The notes beneath the pieces were generated by a model, which did no database searches, was not told the DNA's origin, and saw nothing but the letters and a program-made list of their open reading frames with translations. Both the position numbers and the translations under genes were made by a program. This document shows, in pieces, positions 9,501 through 18,353 of a DNA stretch of 51,536 nucleotides. How positions within the stretch are numbered: the first letter of the stretch is position 1; the number at the start of each line of letters is the position of its first letter. Source of the DNA: Nitrospiraceae bacterium (GTDB lineage Bacteria; Nitrospirota; Nitrospiria; Nitrospirales; Nitrospiraceae); contig OMJK01000068.1 of the NCBI GenBank assembly GCA_900299325.1, forward strand, positions 1-51,536, in the 5' to 3' direction.

Positions 9501-11433
9501 GACCTATCATGATCCGAAGACCGGCAAGGCGATCCGCAGCGGACCGATTGCCGACATCCGCACCAACGAGCCGGTGGGCTATGGTGTGAACAACAGCTTC
9601 CGTGAATTGATGGTGCAGGTGCACGACACCGTGCCGCACACCGTCAACATCGTGACAGCGGGCAATCCTCCGGGACAACCGATCGAGGTGGCCCTCGAGG
9701 CGGGCAAGACCGTCTCCTTCATGATGCCGGAAAAAATCTACATGACGCCGATGCCGTTCCTGAACGGTGGGACCCACACGACGGGCAGCGGCTTGAACTT
9801 CCGGGCGGGACCGATCGCGCAGCGGTTGGCGACGAATCCGGATTCGTCGCAGATCTTCAGCAGCGCGATTCACGGCGATCCGTATACGCCGACCTTGAGG
9901 GCCTACACGGGAGACACGATGGTGTTCCGTCTCCTGCACACCCTCATGAACGAGTCGATGGTCTGGACCATCTCGGGCCATACCTTCCTGTCGGAGCGGT
10001 ATGCGGGCGATGCGAACCGCAAGAACTCGATCCACATCGGGATTGCGGAGCGTTATGACCTCGTGGTGCCGGAAGCGGGCGGGCCTCGCCACCAGGCGGG
10101 CGATTACATCCACTTCAACGGTCGGTCCTCGAAATTCTCCGAGGGCGGTTGGGGCATCATTCGTGTTTACGATAAGGAACAGCCGGATTTGAAAAAACTC
10201 ACGGCGGGCTTCTCGATCAAGGGCGAAATCCCGAAGGCGTTGCCGGTCTGTCCGGCCGATGCGCCGGTGAAGAGCTTCAACGTGGTGGCGATGGATTATC
10301 CGGCGATGAAGTTCAACGCGAAGGCGCCTGAGGCCATCGAAGTGGACTTCGAGCGGAAGATCCTCATGACCAACCCCGATGCGAAGATTTATGCCTTGGA
10401 AGAAGATACCGCCAAGGTCGCGAGCGGCGCGCAACCGATGCCGCTCACGCTTCGCGTTAACGTGGGCGACTGCGTGAAGGTCAATCTGAAGAATAAGATG
10501 AAGGCGAGCAAGGCGTCGTTCTCGGCGATCGGGCTGGCCTTCGATCCGAAGGATTCCCAGGGCGCCAACGTCGGCAACAACGCCGGGGATCAGACGATCG
10601 CCCCGGGCGGCGAGCGCACCTATACCTACTATGCGGATCCGTTCAACGGCGAAACGACCTCGCTGGTGTGGGATTGGGGCAACGTGATGACCAATCCGCG
10701 CGACGGGTTGTTCGGCGCCATCGTCGTCGGTCCGAAGGGCGCGAAGTACCGCGACCCGAAGACCGGCGCGGATTTGACGAACAAGAATGCCTGGGCCGCG
10801 GACGTGATCCTCGATCACTCCATGCCCGGCATGGAAAACCGTCCGAACTACCGTGACGTGGCGTTGTTCTTCCAGGACGAAGACAACATCATCGGCACGA
10901 GCTTCATGCCCTACGTGCAGAACGTGGCGGGTCTGACCGGCATCAACTACCGGTCCGAGCCGTACAAGTTCCGCGAAGAGCAGGGTTGTTCGCTCGGCAA
11001 GGTGTTCCAGCCGTGCAAAGCGGACAAGCCGGAAGATCCGGCGACCCCGATCATCTACTCGCACGCGGGCGATCCGGTGCGCATCCATATCCTGGGCGTG
11101 AGCAACGAGCAGAACGGGATGTTCAGCGTCGAGAAGCACGAGTGGCCGATCGAACCGTTCATGCGCGGCGCCGACCAGATCAGCGTCGTCGAATTCTCCG
11201 GGTCGGAGACGATCGATGCGTTCATTCCGTCGGCCGGCGGACCGTACCGCCTGCCGGGCGACTATGTGTACAGCAACCAGCGGTTGCCGTACTCGCAGTC
11301 CGGCCAGTGGGGCTACCTCCGCGTGTTGCCGTCCGGCGACCAGCGGTTGTTGCCGCTGCATGGAGCCGGTGCGGGGATGAAGAGCGCGTCGCTGGAGGAT
11401 GCGGTGCGCGCGATTCCTGTCGCGGCGAAGTAA
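6574..11433 (+). CDS. Large exported multicopper oxidase (triplicated, MnxG/ceruloplasmin-like layout)
   Basis: Start moved to ATG 6574 (AGGAGG RBS, signal peptide). Cu motifs LHIHG, HSHHPH, HCHVAHHYVAGM, THWH, WHDH; three repeats CPxxA..K..NV / PL..R.N..DCV. Confidence 0.85.
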   Translation: MYQHSRFSTRALSVIAGGALLWLPLVASAESTSSHEGHATAQPVAMQHQVPAWAEQLKGQTIVEDTMSGRGERSAMVEQQHQRIMEHMTHDPQVQGVNTGMYNTQSMMHQYGAGGQDMLLVSDPRVEPVAMTGGGKCPATAPVKQYNVSAINVEITLNQWLDFYPGYMYVLDENLDKVRAEETKNKEAREKEGYDPGAVINGVQAQWIQPLTIRGNQGDCVKIKLSNKLEGGEDVSLHIHGSATVVSATGAAATTTNPDSIAAKDKSIDLEWYIHPNTQEGVRQFHTFSNDRELTVMGMFGSFVVEPRGSSYWEPLGSGDATPATSGWQVMIKNGTGPDFREFVLFYHEVGDEAFRPLNKKGDFLPQRDPLTDAYRPGGRAINYRSEPFGINNMHVQHEYFGFEDESMGYSSYTFGDPSPTVPRSYIGDPAKFRLVHGGSEVFHSHHPHGGTIRWPRSPRAIDDMNLWATSTNGPVKYPVIRAKTDRVDVEVIGPSEALDLETECGSGLCQQLAGDFLFHCHVAHHYVAGMWGYWRVYNTIQQGDLRNDVMPDLRELPDRKGRIRAPVSSDKLVGQTLDWFGKQFKIVDKGKSDWKSNPATVTVKDWVEMQLPTMGKPGHKDDEKGQTQSYDATVLDWAWNGSVAMSERESEVENPKYKSTHPGKRHPIMFEALTGKVAWPYLTPHFGRRVMFSPNHVGAPWLEMIRRNTDGSESLDQAIPGENGNWSLCPENAGRKSYNVHFVKMPIKIAKAQGKEPPVIDPNGLIYVLHEEEAAIRANDDLKYPLVVRGNIYDCVDWTLTSEWDDDDYTNFQSSKINTHWHFLQFDNQSSDGVITGFSYEQSVRPFTMLEKKNAKGLPMPMNTVLTAAAKKGSNSLTVKNAKQYHVGTLILVGADNVKGNEISRVKAISGNTITLTSGLKNDHPANDIVTVEFVRQRFWVDADVGTVFWHDHAFGATTWPHGGFGTFIAEPVGSTYHDPKTGKAIRSGPIADIRTNEPVGYGVNNSFRELMVQVHDTVPHTVNIVTAGNPPGQPIEVALEAGKTVSFMMPEKIYMTPMPFLNGGTHTTGSGLNFRAGPIAQRLATNPDSSQIFSSAIHGDPYTPTLRAYTGDTMVFRLLHTLMNESMVWTISGHTFLSERYAGDANRKNSIHIGIAERYDLVVPEAGGPRHQAGDYIHFNGRSSKFSEGGWGIIRVYDKEQPDLKKLTAGFSIKGEIPKALPVCPADAPVKSFNVVAMDYPAMKFNAKAPEAIEVDFERKILMTNPDAKIYALEEDTAKVASGAQPMPLTLRVNVGDCVKVNLKNKMKASKASFSAIGLAFDPKDSQGANVGNNAGDQTIAPGGERTYTYYADPFNGETTSLVWDWGNVMTNPRDGLFGAIVVGPKGAKYRDPKTGADLTNKNAWAADVILDHSMPGMENRPNYRDVALFFQDEDNIIGTSFMPYVQNVAGLTGINYRSEPYKFREEQGCSLGKVFQPCKADKPEDPATPIIYSHAGDPVRIHILGVSNEQNGMFSVEKHEWPIEPFMRGADQISVVEFSGSETIDAFIPSAGGPYRLPGDYVYSNQRLPYSQSGQWGYLRVLPSGDQRLLPLHGAGAGMKSASLEDAVRAIPVAAK

Positions 11434-11474
11434 GATCACACGCGCCCGCCGTTCGCGGCGGGAGTGCATACAGG

Positions 11475-11509
11475 AAGGGGGAGGCCGCAAGGCTTCCCCC
11501 TTTTGTTTT
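11475..11509 (+). terminator. Intrinsic terminator
   Basis: AAGGGGGAGGCC-GCAA-GGCTTCCCCCTT hairpin followed by a T-rich tract. Confidence 0.8.
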
Positions 11510-11574
11510 GCGGTATCCTTTTGATACGATACAAAAATTATTCTGATATGATCGGATTGATAGCGGAGGGGCAT

Positions 11575-12504
11575 ATGAGAGGGCTGCTACTGATCATTGC
11601 CGGATGGCTGCTGATGGCCGGAGCCACGGCGTGGGGCTACGAAGAGGTCCGCATCACGGACGGCGGCACCCTTACGGGGGCGGTGAAACTGGACGGGGTT
11701 GTTCCCAAGCCGAAAGGCTACAATCTCACAACGCTGCCGGACCCCTTCTATTGCGGACGCATTTCCGACGGGCAGGGCTGGCGCATTCTGCAGCCGTTCA
11801 ACGTCGGACCGGCGGGCGAGTTTCGCGACGTGGTGGTCTATCTCGAGGGGATCCGGAAGGGCAAGCCGTTCGAGGAGAGTAGTCTCACGCACATCGAAGC
11901 CAAAGACTGCCAGTTTCTCCCGTTCACGACCGTTGTGCGTGACGATCGCTCGGTGACGGTGGTCAACATGGATCCCGTCATGCACGACATTCAGGCCTAT
12001 GAAACGTCGCATCTGGGCGCGCGCGTGCTGTTCAACGTCCCGCTGCCGATGAACCCGAATCACCCCCGCAATTTCAAAGATCGCAGCGATGCCGCGCTGT
12101 ATCACAAGCACATGGCCGGCGCGCCGATGAAAGAACTGGTCAAACTCAGCAAAGGCCGCCGGATTTTCGTGATGCAGTGCGGTTTCCACGCCTATATGGA
12201 GAGTTGGGGCGTGGCCGTGCACAATCCCTATTTTGCGAAAACGGATGAGCAGGGGCGGTTCACCCTGACCGACGTGCCGCCGGGCACCTATAAGCTGGTG
12301 GTCTGGCATCCCTACATTCGAACCGCAAACGAACAGACCGTCACCATCGACCCGAAGGGAACCACCGAGACGAAGATCGTGGTTACAGCCCCGACGGGGC
12401 GGCTCTATGCGAACGAGGTGCTGGAGCACGACTATGTGCGGTTCAGTGTGACGGAGGAGCAGAAGAAGGACATCGATCCGATGGTCCACAAGCAGGACCA
12501 CTGA
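11575..12504 (+). CDS. Exported protein, carboxypeptidase-regulatory-like domain with cupredoxin-like insert (paralog 1)
   Basis: ATG 11575 after GGAGGG; signal peptide; PVMHD and QCGFHAYM; DVPPGTYKLVVWHP. Confidence 0.75.
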   Translation: MRGLLLIIAGWLLMAGATAWGYEEVRITDGGTLTGAVKLDGVVPKPKGYNLTTLPDPFYCGRISDGQGWRILQPFNVGPAGEFRDVVVYLEGIRKGKPFEESSLTHIEAKDCQFLPFTTVVRDDRSVTVVNMDPVMHDIQAYETSHLGARVLFNVPLPMNPNHPRNFKDRSDAALYHKHMAGAPMKELVKLSKGRRIFVMQCGFHAYMESWGVAVHNPYFAKTDEQGRFTLTDVPPGTYKLVVWHPYIRTANEQTVTIDPKGTTETKIVVTAPTGRLYANEVLEHDYVRFSVTEEQKKDIDPMVHKQDH

Positions 12505-12529
12505 ACCAATCTCTTCAAGGGCACGCCGG

Positions 12530-13450
12530 GTGATTCGAGCACGTCTCGCAGTCGGGTGGGGAACGGGTATCCTATCGCTGCTGGTGGCGGTGTCCGCGCA
12601 GGCCTACGACGTCGTCGAGGTTCAGCACGGGGGAACGATCGAAGGGACGGTGACCCTCGACGGCGCCGTGCCGGAGCCCAAGGGCTTCAACCTTATCACC
12701 TTTCCGGATCCCCAATATTGCGGTCGCATCTCGAACGGTCGCGGTTGGCGGCTGCTGCACGATTTTGTCGTCGGCCCGAACGCGGGGCTGAAAGATGCGA
12801 TCGTGTTACTGGAAGGCATCGAGGCCGGGAAACCGTTCGAGGTGTCGGTGCCGTTGATCGAGGCCCGCGATTGCATGTTTCAACCGTTCATGACGATCAT
12901 CCGCAACGGGCATGCGGTCGAGGTCATCAACATGGATCCGGTGATGCACGACATTCAGGGCTACGAAACGTCGATCGAAGCCGGCGCGCGCGTCCTCTTC
13001 AATACGCCGCTGGTGATGAATCACCAGCACCAGCGGGGCAATCTGCACGCGATGCACAACCATGCGCCGGGCAAGTCGCTCATCGGGCCGATCTATCTGA
13101 ACAAGGGCCGCCGGACGTTTTACATGCAGTGCGGGTTCCATGCCTACATGGAAAGCTGGGCGATGGCCGTGAACAATCCGTATTATGCGCTGACCGACGA
13201 GCGGGGATCGTTCTCGATCGATCACGTTCCGCCCGGCACGTACCAACTCATCGTCTGGCATCCGCAGACCGGACCCGGCGTGACGAGAACGGTCACTGTT
13301 CGACCGGGCGGAACCGTCGTGGAGCAGGTGGCCTTGACCGCTCCCAAAGGGAGCCGATCGGCATTCAAAGTCATGGACAATCCCCGCTTCGGGCCGGAGA
13401 CGTTGGGGTATCCGGTCGATATCCAGCCATTAGTCGAGCACCAACACTGA
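12530..13450 (+). CDS. Exported protein, carboxypeptidase-regulatory-like domain with cupredoxin-like insert (paralog 2)
   Basis: Close paralog of the previous gene (YCGRIS, NMDPVMHDIQ, MQCGFHAYMESW); His-rich loop NHQHQRGNLHAMHNH. Confidence 0.75.
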   Translation: MIRARLAVGWGTGILSLLVAVSAQAYDVVEVQHGGTIEGTVTLDGAVPEPKGFNLITFPDPQYCGRISNGRGWRLLHDFVVGPNAGLKDAIVLLEGIEAGKPFEVSVPLIEARDCMFQPFMTIIRNGHAVEVINMDPVMHDIQGYETSIEAGARVLFNTPLVMNHQHQRGNLHAMHNHAPGKSLIGPIYLNKGRRTFYMQCGFHAYMESWAMAVNNPYYALTDERGSFSIDHVPPGTYQLIVWHPQTGPGVTRTVTVRPGGTVVEQVALTAPKGSRSAFKVMDNPRFGPETLGYPVDIQPLVEHQH

Positions 13451-13455
13451 CGACG

Positions 13456-14079
13456 ATGATGTTGTGTCTCGCACGGAAGGCCGTGAATCTGGTCTGTCTC
13501 CTGTCTTTGTGCGCGGCGGTGTCTCCGTCACATGCCGGCGAATCGTCCGCGGCACCCGCAGAATTTTCCGGCGCCATCGTCAAGCAGGTGAACGGAAAAA
13601 AACATCAGGCGCAGGTGTTCGCCAAGGGCGATCGTCTTCGATTGGAATACAAATATGCGATCAAAACGGACTATGGCTATGCGGCCATCGAAATCATCCG
13701 GCTCGATCAGTCGGAAGCCTGGTATCTGCTGACTCAACAGAAAGAGCTGCTGGTCACGCCGCTGGATCCGGACGATGTGCTGCCGATCCGGCCGTCTTTG
13801 CCCGGCGAGCGCGAGCGGACGCTCGTCGGCGATGCCACGGCCGCCGGCCGGGCCGCGCAGTTGTACGAAGTACGGACCGATCGTGATGGCCGGCTCGAGC
13901 GGTTCTATGAATGGGTGGACAAGGAGACCGGTCTACTTCTCAAGCTGGTCAGCCGGGATCGCGACTGGTCCTTCGAGTACGAGCGGATCCGGCTGTCTCC
14001 CCAGCCGAGTTACTATTTCGACGAGCCGCCCGGATACAAGCGGCGCATGAGTCCGACAGGGCCACAGACGCATGGTTAG
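13456..14079 (+). CDS. Exported protein, possibly LolA/DUF4412-like fold
   Basis: 3' part of ORF 12556..14079; signal peptide then AEFSG..KGDRLRLE..WVDKETGLLLK; start could also be GTG 13483. Confidence 0.6.
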   Translation: MMLCLARKAVNLVCLLSLCAAVSPSHAGESSAAPAEFSGAIVKQVNGKKHQAQVFAKGDRLRLEYKYAIKTDYGYAAIEIIRLDQSEAWYLLTQQKELLVTPLDPDDVLPIRPSLPGERERTLVGDATAAGRAAQLYEVRTDRDGRLERFYEWVDKETGLLLKLVSRDRDWSFEYERIRLSPQPSYYFDEPPGYKRRMSPTGPQTHG

Positions 14080-15475
14080 AGAAGGTACAGCCAAGATGGG
14101 GCCGCATCCTGTGTCCGCGCAACGCGCGGCGAGGGTCATGTTGTGCGGACTGGTTCTCTGGTCCGGCGCCGGAGCGGCGTCGGCCGCGTCCGGGTCTGCG
14201 GTGCCGAAGGACGCGCAGGCGGCGTTCGAGAAGCGGCAGTACCAGCAGGCGCTCGACGAATTGGCCAAGCTGGATCAGGCCAGGAGCGGTGCGCCGGATG
14301 TACGGCGGCTGAAAGTCCGCGCGCTCGTGAAGCTGGGCAAGCCGAAAGAAGCGCTCGACGAGTACGATCTGCTGGAGCGGACGCTCAAGCAGGACGACGA
14401 ACCGGTGCTCCGCGAACTCGCGCTCGGCTTCATCGTCGTCATGGTGAAAGACATGCGCGAGCAGATGCGCGGCGCGGCGTACACGGCGCTCAAGGAAGTC
14501 GAATCCGACGAGGTCGTGCCGTATTTCGAGGATGGGTTGAGCGACGGATCCGGTCCGGTCCGCGTGTTGGCAGTGGAGGGATTGAGCCAGTCGGAGGCGG
14601 GGCGTAAATCGAAAAAGCTCCGTGGCGCGCTGGACGATCAGGCCGGCCTGGTGAAGGCGCGGGTGATCAAGGTTCTGGGGAAGTCCGGCGATCCGTCCGT
14701 GTTGCCGTTGATCGAGGCGGCCACAAAGGATGACGTGCCCACAGTGCGCACGGCGGCGTATGGCGCGTTGGTGCGAATGGGCCGCAAGGAGGCATGGGAA
14801 TCACTGCGGCAGGCGGCCGAGGCGGCAAATCCGGAGGACTGTGCCTATGCGCTGCGCACCATTGCCGATCTGAAGGATCAGCGGGGCCGCGCGCTGATGC
14901 GGGAATTTCTCACCGATAAGCAGCCCTCGGTGCGGGGCGCCGCTGTGCGAGGGTTGGGGCAACTTGGCGATATCGAATCCAGGAGTAGGATCCAATTGTT
15001 ATTGAGAGATCCTGTGTCCGCGGTGCGCGAGGCGGCCGCTATGAGTCTGGCCGACCTCGGCGGAGATGAGTCGGTGCCGGCCTTGACCGGCCAGTTGGCG
15101 GACGGTTCGTTCACTGTGCGGGCGGCGACCGTGGCGGCGCTGTTGCAACTCGGTCAACCGTTCCATGTGGTGGCGCGGACGGTGACGGAGTTGGTGCGGC
15201 AGAACGACACCGCCGCCCGGGCCTCTGCCGCCTATGCATTGGGAAAGGCCACCGAGGCGAATCTGGCCGGAGCGGTCTCTGTCCTGGTTGGCCTCAGCCA
15301 TGACCCCTTGCCCGGTCCGAAGATTGTCGCACTCCGGTCGCTGGGACATATCGGGGACCGCGCGCTCGTCCCGATTATGAAAGAAGCCCTGCACGATACC
15401 AATGAAGCGGTTCGCTCTACCGCCGGCGGGGCGCTCCTGCATCTCCTGGCCGATAAGCACCAGCCCGGAAAGTGA
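14072..15475 (+). CDS. Exported HEAT-repeat protein
   Basis: Repeated L.D....VR..AA.ALG units; N-terminal TPR-like helices; start uncertain. Confidence 0.85.
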   Translation: MVREGTAKMGPHPVSAQRAARVMLCGLVLWSGAGAASAASGSAVPKDAQAAFEKRQYQQALDELAKLDQARSGAPDVRRLKVRALVKLGKPKEALDEYDLLERTLKQDDEPVLRELALGFIVVMVKDMREQMRGAAYTALKEVESDEVVPYFEDGLSDGSGPVRVLAVEGLSQSEAGRKSKKLRGALDDQAGLVKARVIKVLGKSGDPSVLPLIEAATKDDVPTVRTAAYGALVRMGRKEAWESLRQAAEAANPEDCAYALRTIADLKDQRGRALMREFLTDKQPSVRGAAVRGLGQLGDIESRSRIQLLLRDPVSAVREAAAMSLADLGGDESVPALTGQLADGSFTVRAATVAALLQLGQPFHVVARTVTELVRQNDTAARASAAYALGKATEANLAGAVSVLVGLSHDPLPGPKIVALRSLGHIGDRALVPIMKEALHDTNEAVRSTAGGALLHLLADKHQPGK

Positions 15476-15676
15476 CCGCCGGCGACCCCTTGTTTGCGAT
15501 TGACGGGGGCGGGTAGAATTTTGTATAGATACTCGGTCCAAGTCTAGGCCTCGCCTATCTCGTCCTAGAGATCGAGTTAGCAGGTGCGGAGACGATCTCT
15601 ACCTGCCGGTGCGGTCATGAGAATCTTGGGAATGCCAATCAATCGCAGTGTGTGTTCATCACAAGGAGGCAGTCAC

Positions 15677-16474
15677 ATGAAGAAGGGTGTGTTTGCAGTC
15701 GTGTTCATTCTGGTCGCAGCGGCTCTGGTCGCGGCGCCTTTGGCGGCCAATGCCGGCGGGACGATCGCGGGCAAAGTGACCTATGCGGGCGCGGAGGAAA
15801 AGAAGGAATTCTTGTTCTCCAAGTTTCCCAACCCCAAGTTCTGCCCGAAGAACCCGGACAAGAGCTTGATGGACGGCGACAAGCGGTTCCTCAAGACCAT
15901 TGAGAAGTCTAAGGACGGCGGCTTGAAGAATGCAGTTGTGGCCGTTGTGGACATTGAAGACAAGGCGTTCATGGACGGCTATGCGGGGACGGAAGTCACC
16001 GCAGCGTTCTGCCAGTTCCTGCCGTTCGCCGGTGTCGTGGTGAACACCCGGCCGTTCAAGGTCGAGAACACCGATTCGGATCCGGACGATCCCAAGTCGG
16101 TGGCGGGCGTGCTCCACAACCCGCACAGCTTCACGGTGAAGGGCTCCACCTCGGCGACCGGTTTCAACATCGGTCTCGCCAAGAAGGGTGACAAGCTCGA
16201 TAAGCCGGTGACCTTCCGCGGCGGCGCCGAGAAGGAAGGCTATTATCGGTTGCAGTGCGATCAACATGAATTCATGCAGTCCTTCTTCCTCCCGGTCTCC
16301 AACGCCCACTTCGCGGTGGTCAAGGACGACGGGTCGTTCGAACTGAAGGACGTGCCGGCCGGCAAGCACAAAGTGGTGGCCTGGCATCCGTTCGCGGCCA
16401 AGGGCAAGAAGGTCGAGTTCGAAGTGGACGTGACCGACGGCGGCACGGCCAACCTCAAGGCCGAGATCAAGTAA
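15677..16474 (+). CDS. Exported protein, carboxypeptidase-regulatory-like domain with cupredoxin-like insert (paralog 3)
   Basis: ATG 15677 after AGGAGG; signal peptide; VLHNPH and QCDQHEFM; DVPAGKHKVVAWHP. Confidence 0.78.
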   Translation: MKKGVFAVVFILVAAALVAAPLAANAGGTIAGKVTYAGAEEKKEFLFSKFPNPKFCPKNPDKSLMDGDKRFLKTIEKSKDGGLKNAVVAVVDIEDKAFMDGYAGTEVTAAFCQFLPFAGVVVNTRPFKVENTDSDPDDPKSVAGVLHNPHSFTVKGSTSATGFNIGLAKKGDKLDKPVTFRGGAEKEGYYRLQCDQHEFMQSFFLPVSNAHFAVVKDDGSFELKDVPAGKHKVVAWHPFAAKGKKVEFEVDVTDGGTANLKAEIK

Positions 16475-16507
16475 CTTCGGTCCGTTTCAGACGGGTTTCA
16501 CCCGTTC

Positions 16508-16547
16508 ACACAGGGCAGCGGAGTCATCCGCTGCCCTGTGTGTTTTT
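16508..16547 (+). terminator. Intrinsic terminator
   Basis: ACACAGGGCAGCGGA-GTCA-TCCGCTGCCCTGTGT stem followed by GTTTTT. Confidence 0.85.
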
Positions 16548-16635
16548 AGCGCCCGCCCGCCGCGCGTCGCTGCCTTGCCTTTCAGTTTCTGAACTGGGTA
16601 AGATTCCCGCTTTCGACGCTCTCTTACAGAGGGGG

Positions 16636-17628
16636 ATGGGTGTGTCACGCGAGCTCTCGTTAGCGGAAATCTTCCAACTCGGCTACTACTGGGAGACCAA
16701 AATTCTCCTCACCGCCGTCAAGCTGGACCTGTTCTCCGCGCTGGACGGCAAGCCGAAGACTGCGCGCGAGATCGCCGGTCGCATCGGGGCGCACGAGCCG
16801 ACGCTCGGCCTCCTGCTGAATGCCCTGGTTGCGTTGCGGCTGCTGACGAAAGACGGAACGACCTACGCCAACTCGACGGCCGCGGCCACGCATTTGGTCC
16901 GCCATTCGGCGCAATACATCGGGCACCTGTTGTTGCTGCACGACGCCGAATGGAACAACTGGGGGAAACTCGAAGAGACGATTCGAACCGGGCAACGAGC
17001 GGTCGATCGGCACGTGTTCGAGACCGATCCTGAACTGGGCGGCAATGTGCTCGCCGTGCTGCATCGAATCGGGCAGCAGAGCGGGCCGGACTTTGCCAAG
17101 CGGCTTGAGTTGAGCGGGCCGGTCCGCCTATTGGATCTGGGTGGCGGCGCCGGCACGAACGCGATCGCCTTTTGCCGCGTCTATCCCGAACTGACCGCCA
17201 CGGTGTTCGATCTGCCGGCGACATTGCGGCTTACCGAAAAGACGGTGAAGGAAGCCGGGTTAGAATCCCGCATTGCGTTGCGGCCGGGCAATTTCAATAC
17301 GGATCCGCTCGGCGGTCCCTACGACGTCGTCCTCATGTCCGACATCCTCCACTACCAGACGTTTGACACCAACGCGGCGTTGGTGAAGAAAGTCTTTGCG
17401 CATCTTGTTCCCGGCGGCCGGTTGATCATTAAGGACCGCTTCCTGGACGACACCGGAACCGGTCCGGCCTGGACGACCGCGTTCGCCGTGCACATTCTCG
17501 TCAACACGCAACAAGGCGGCTGTTACACGTGCGCGGAGGCGATCCAGTGGATGCAGAGTGCGGGCTTTGCCTCGGCGACGGAACTGGAGAAGACCGCCGT
17601 AGTGCAAGGCGTGAAAGGGAACGGGTAG
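16636..17628 (+). CDS. SAM-dependent O-methyltransferase (Methyltransf_2 with dimerisation domain)
   Basis: LLDLGGGAG, VFDLP, GNF, SDILH motifs; N-terminal wHTH-like TAVKLDLF; start at ATG 16636 or GTG 16642. Confidence 0.88.
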   Translation: MGVSRELSLAEIFQLGYYWETKILLTAVKLDLFSALDGKPKTAREIAGRIGAHEPTLGLLLNALVALRLLTKDGTTYANSTAAATHLVRHSAQYIGHLLLLHDAEWNNWGKLEETIRTGQRAVDRHVFETDPELGGNVLAVLHRIGQQSGPDFAKRLELSGPVRLLDLGGGAGTNAIAFCRVYPELTATVFDLPATLRLTEKTVKEAGLESRIALRPGNFNTDPLGGPYDVVLMSDILHYQTFDTNAALVKKVFAHLVPGGRLIIKDRFLDDTGTGPAWTTAFAVHILVNTQQGGCYTCAEAIQWMQSAGFASATELEKTAVVQGVKGNG

Positions 17629-17635
17629 AAGCGGA

Positions 17636-18349
17636 ATGAACTGGCTGCGCGATCCCGGTTTTCTCGGCACACACGCGACGATTGGCGCGGATCTGAGTCA
17701 ACTCATGGCCACGTTGTTCACCGGGCTGTTCATCGTCGGCTGGTTTCAGGCGCGCAAGCGCCAGGCCGATGCGCACCACTGGCTCATGCTCGGCGGCATG
17801 ATCGCGATGCTCAGTTTCTTCGTCGCCTACTATCTGTTCCGGCAGCTCGGCGTGCTGGCGGTCGAAGGGAAAGAAGGGTTCGGCGGATCGCAGGCGCTCT
17901 ACGACTATGTGTTCATCCCGATTTTGACGCTGCATATCATCCTCGTCATCATCGGGCTGGTGATGGCCGTGTATATGATCGTGCTGGGTTTTCGGTCGCA
18001 GCAGGTCGTCAACGGCATCCGGTCGCTCAACGAGTCGCTGTTGCAAACCTCCTGGAGAAAAATCGGAACGATCTTCGGCGTGATCACCGCGCTGGTGATG
18101 GGCTTGTTTCTGGCCCGCATCGCCTCGGCGGGATTTTCCGTCCGGAAGATGGAAGTGTACGCGGGGCTCTTGCTCTTGGTGGCGATCGTGTTCGCGATCG
18201 AGATGTCCATCCAGCGGATCTGGCCGAACGGCGCCCGGCGTCATCGCGCACTCGGCAAGTTCACGATGATCATCTACTGCATCCTCTTCATAACCGGCAC
18301 CACCACCTACACGATGCTCTACATTCTCTTTCCGGGGAAAATAGGTTGA
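17636..18349 (+). CDS. DUF420 (CtaM/YozB-like) membrane protein
   Basis: ARKRQADAHHWLM, ILTLHIIL, RRHRALGK..TG...Y.MLY. Confidence 0.75.
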   Translation: MNWLRDPGFLGTHATIGADLSQLMATLFTGLFIVGWFQARKRQADAHHWLMLGGMIAMLSFFVAYYLFRQLGVLAVEGKEGFGGSQALYDYVFIPILTLHIILVIIGLVMAVYMIVLGFRSQQVVNGIRSLNESLLQTSWRKIGTIFGVITALVMGLFLARIASAGFSVRKMEVYAGLLLLVAIVFAIEMSIQRIWPNGARRHRALGKFTMIIYCILFITGTTTYTMLYILFPGKIG

Positions 18350-18353
18350 TTGC

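Noticed and set aside
8110-11574. 1154-aa antisense ORF, plus other long antisense ORFs (6547..7920, 38841..40931, 40941..42713, 33634..35142)
   Set aside because: Shadow frames of GC-rich, codon-biased real genes; Arg/His-rich with no recognisable motifs
12556-13455. 507-aa ORF overlapping paralog 2
   Set aside because: Only the part from ~13456, with its signal peptide, looks coding
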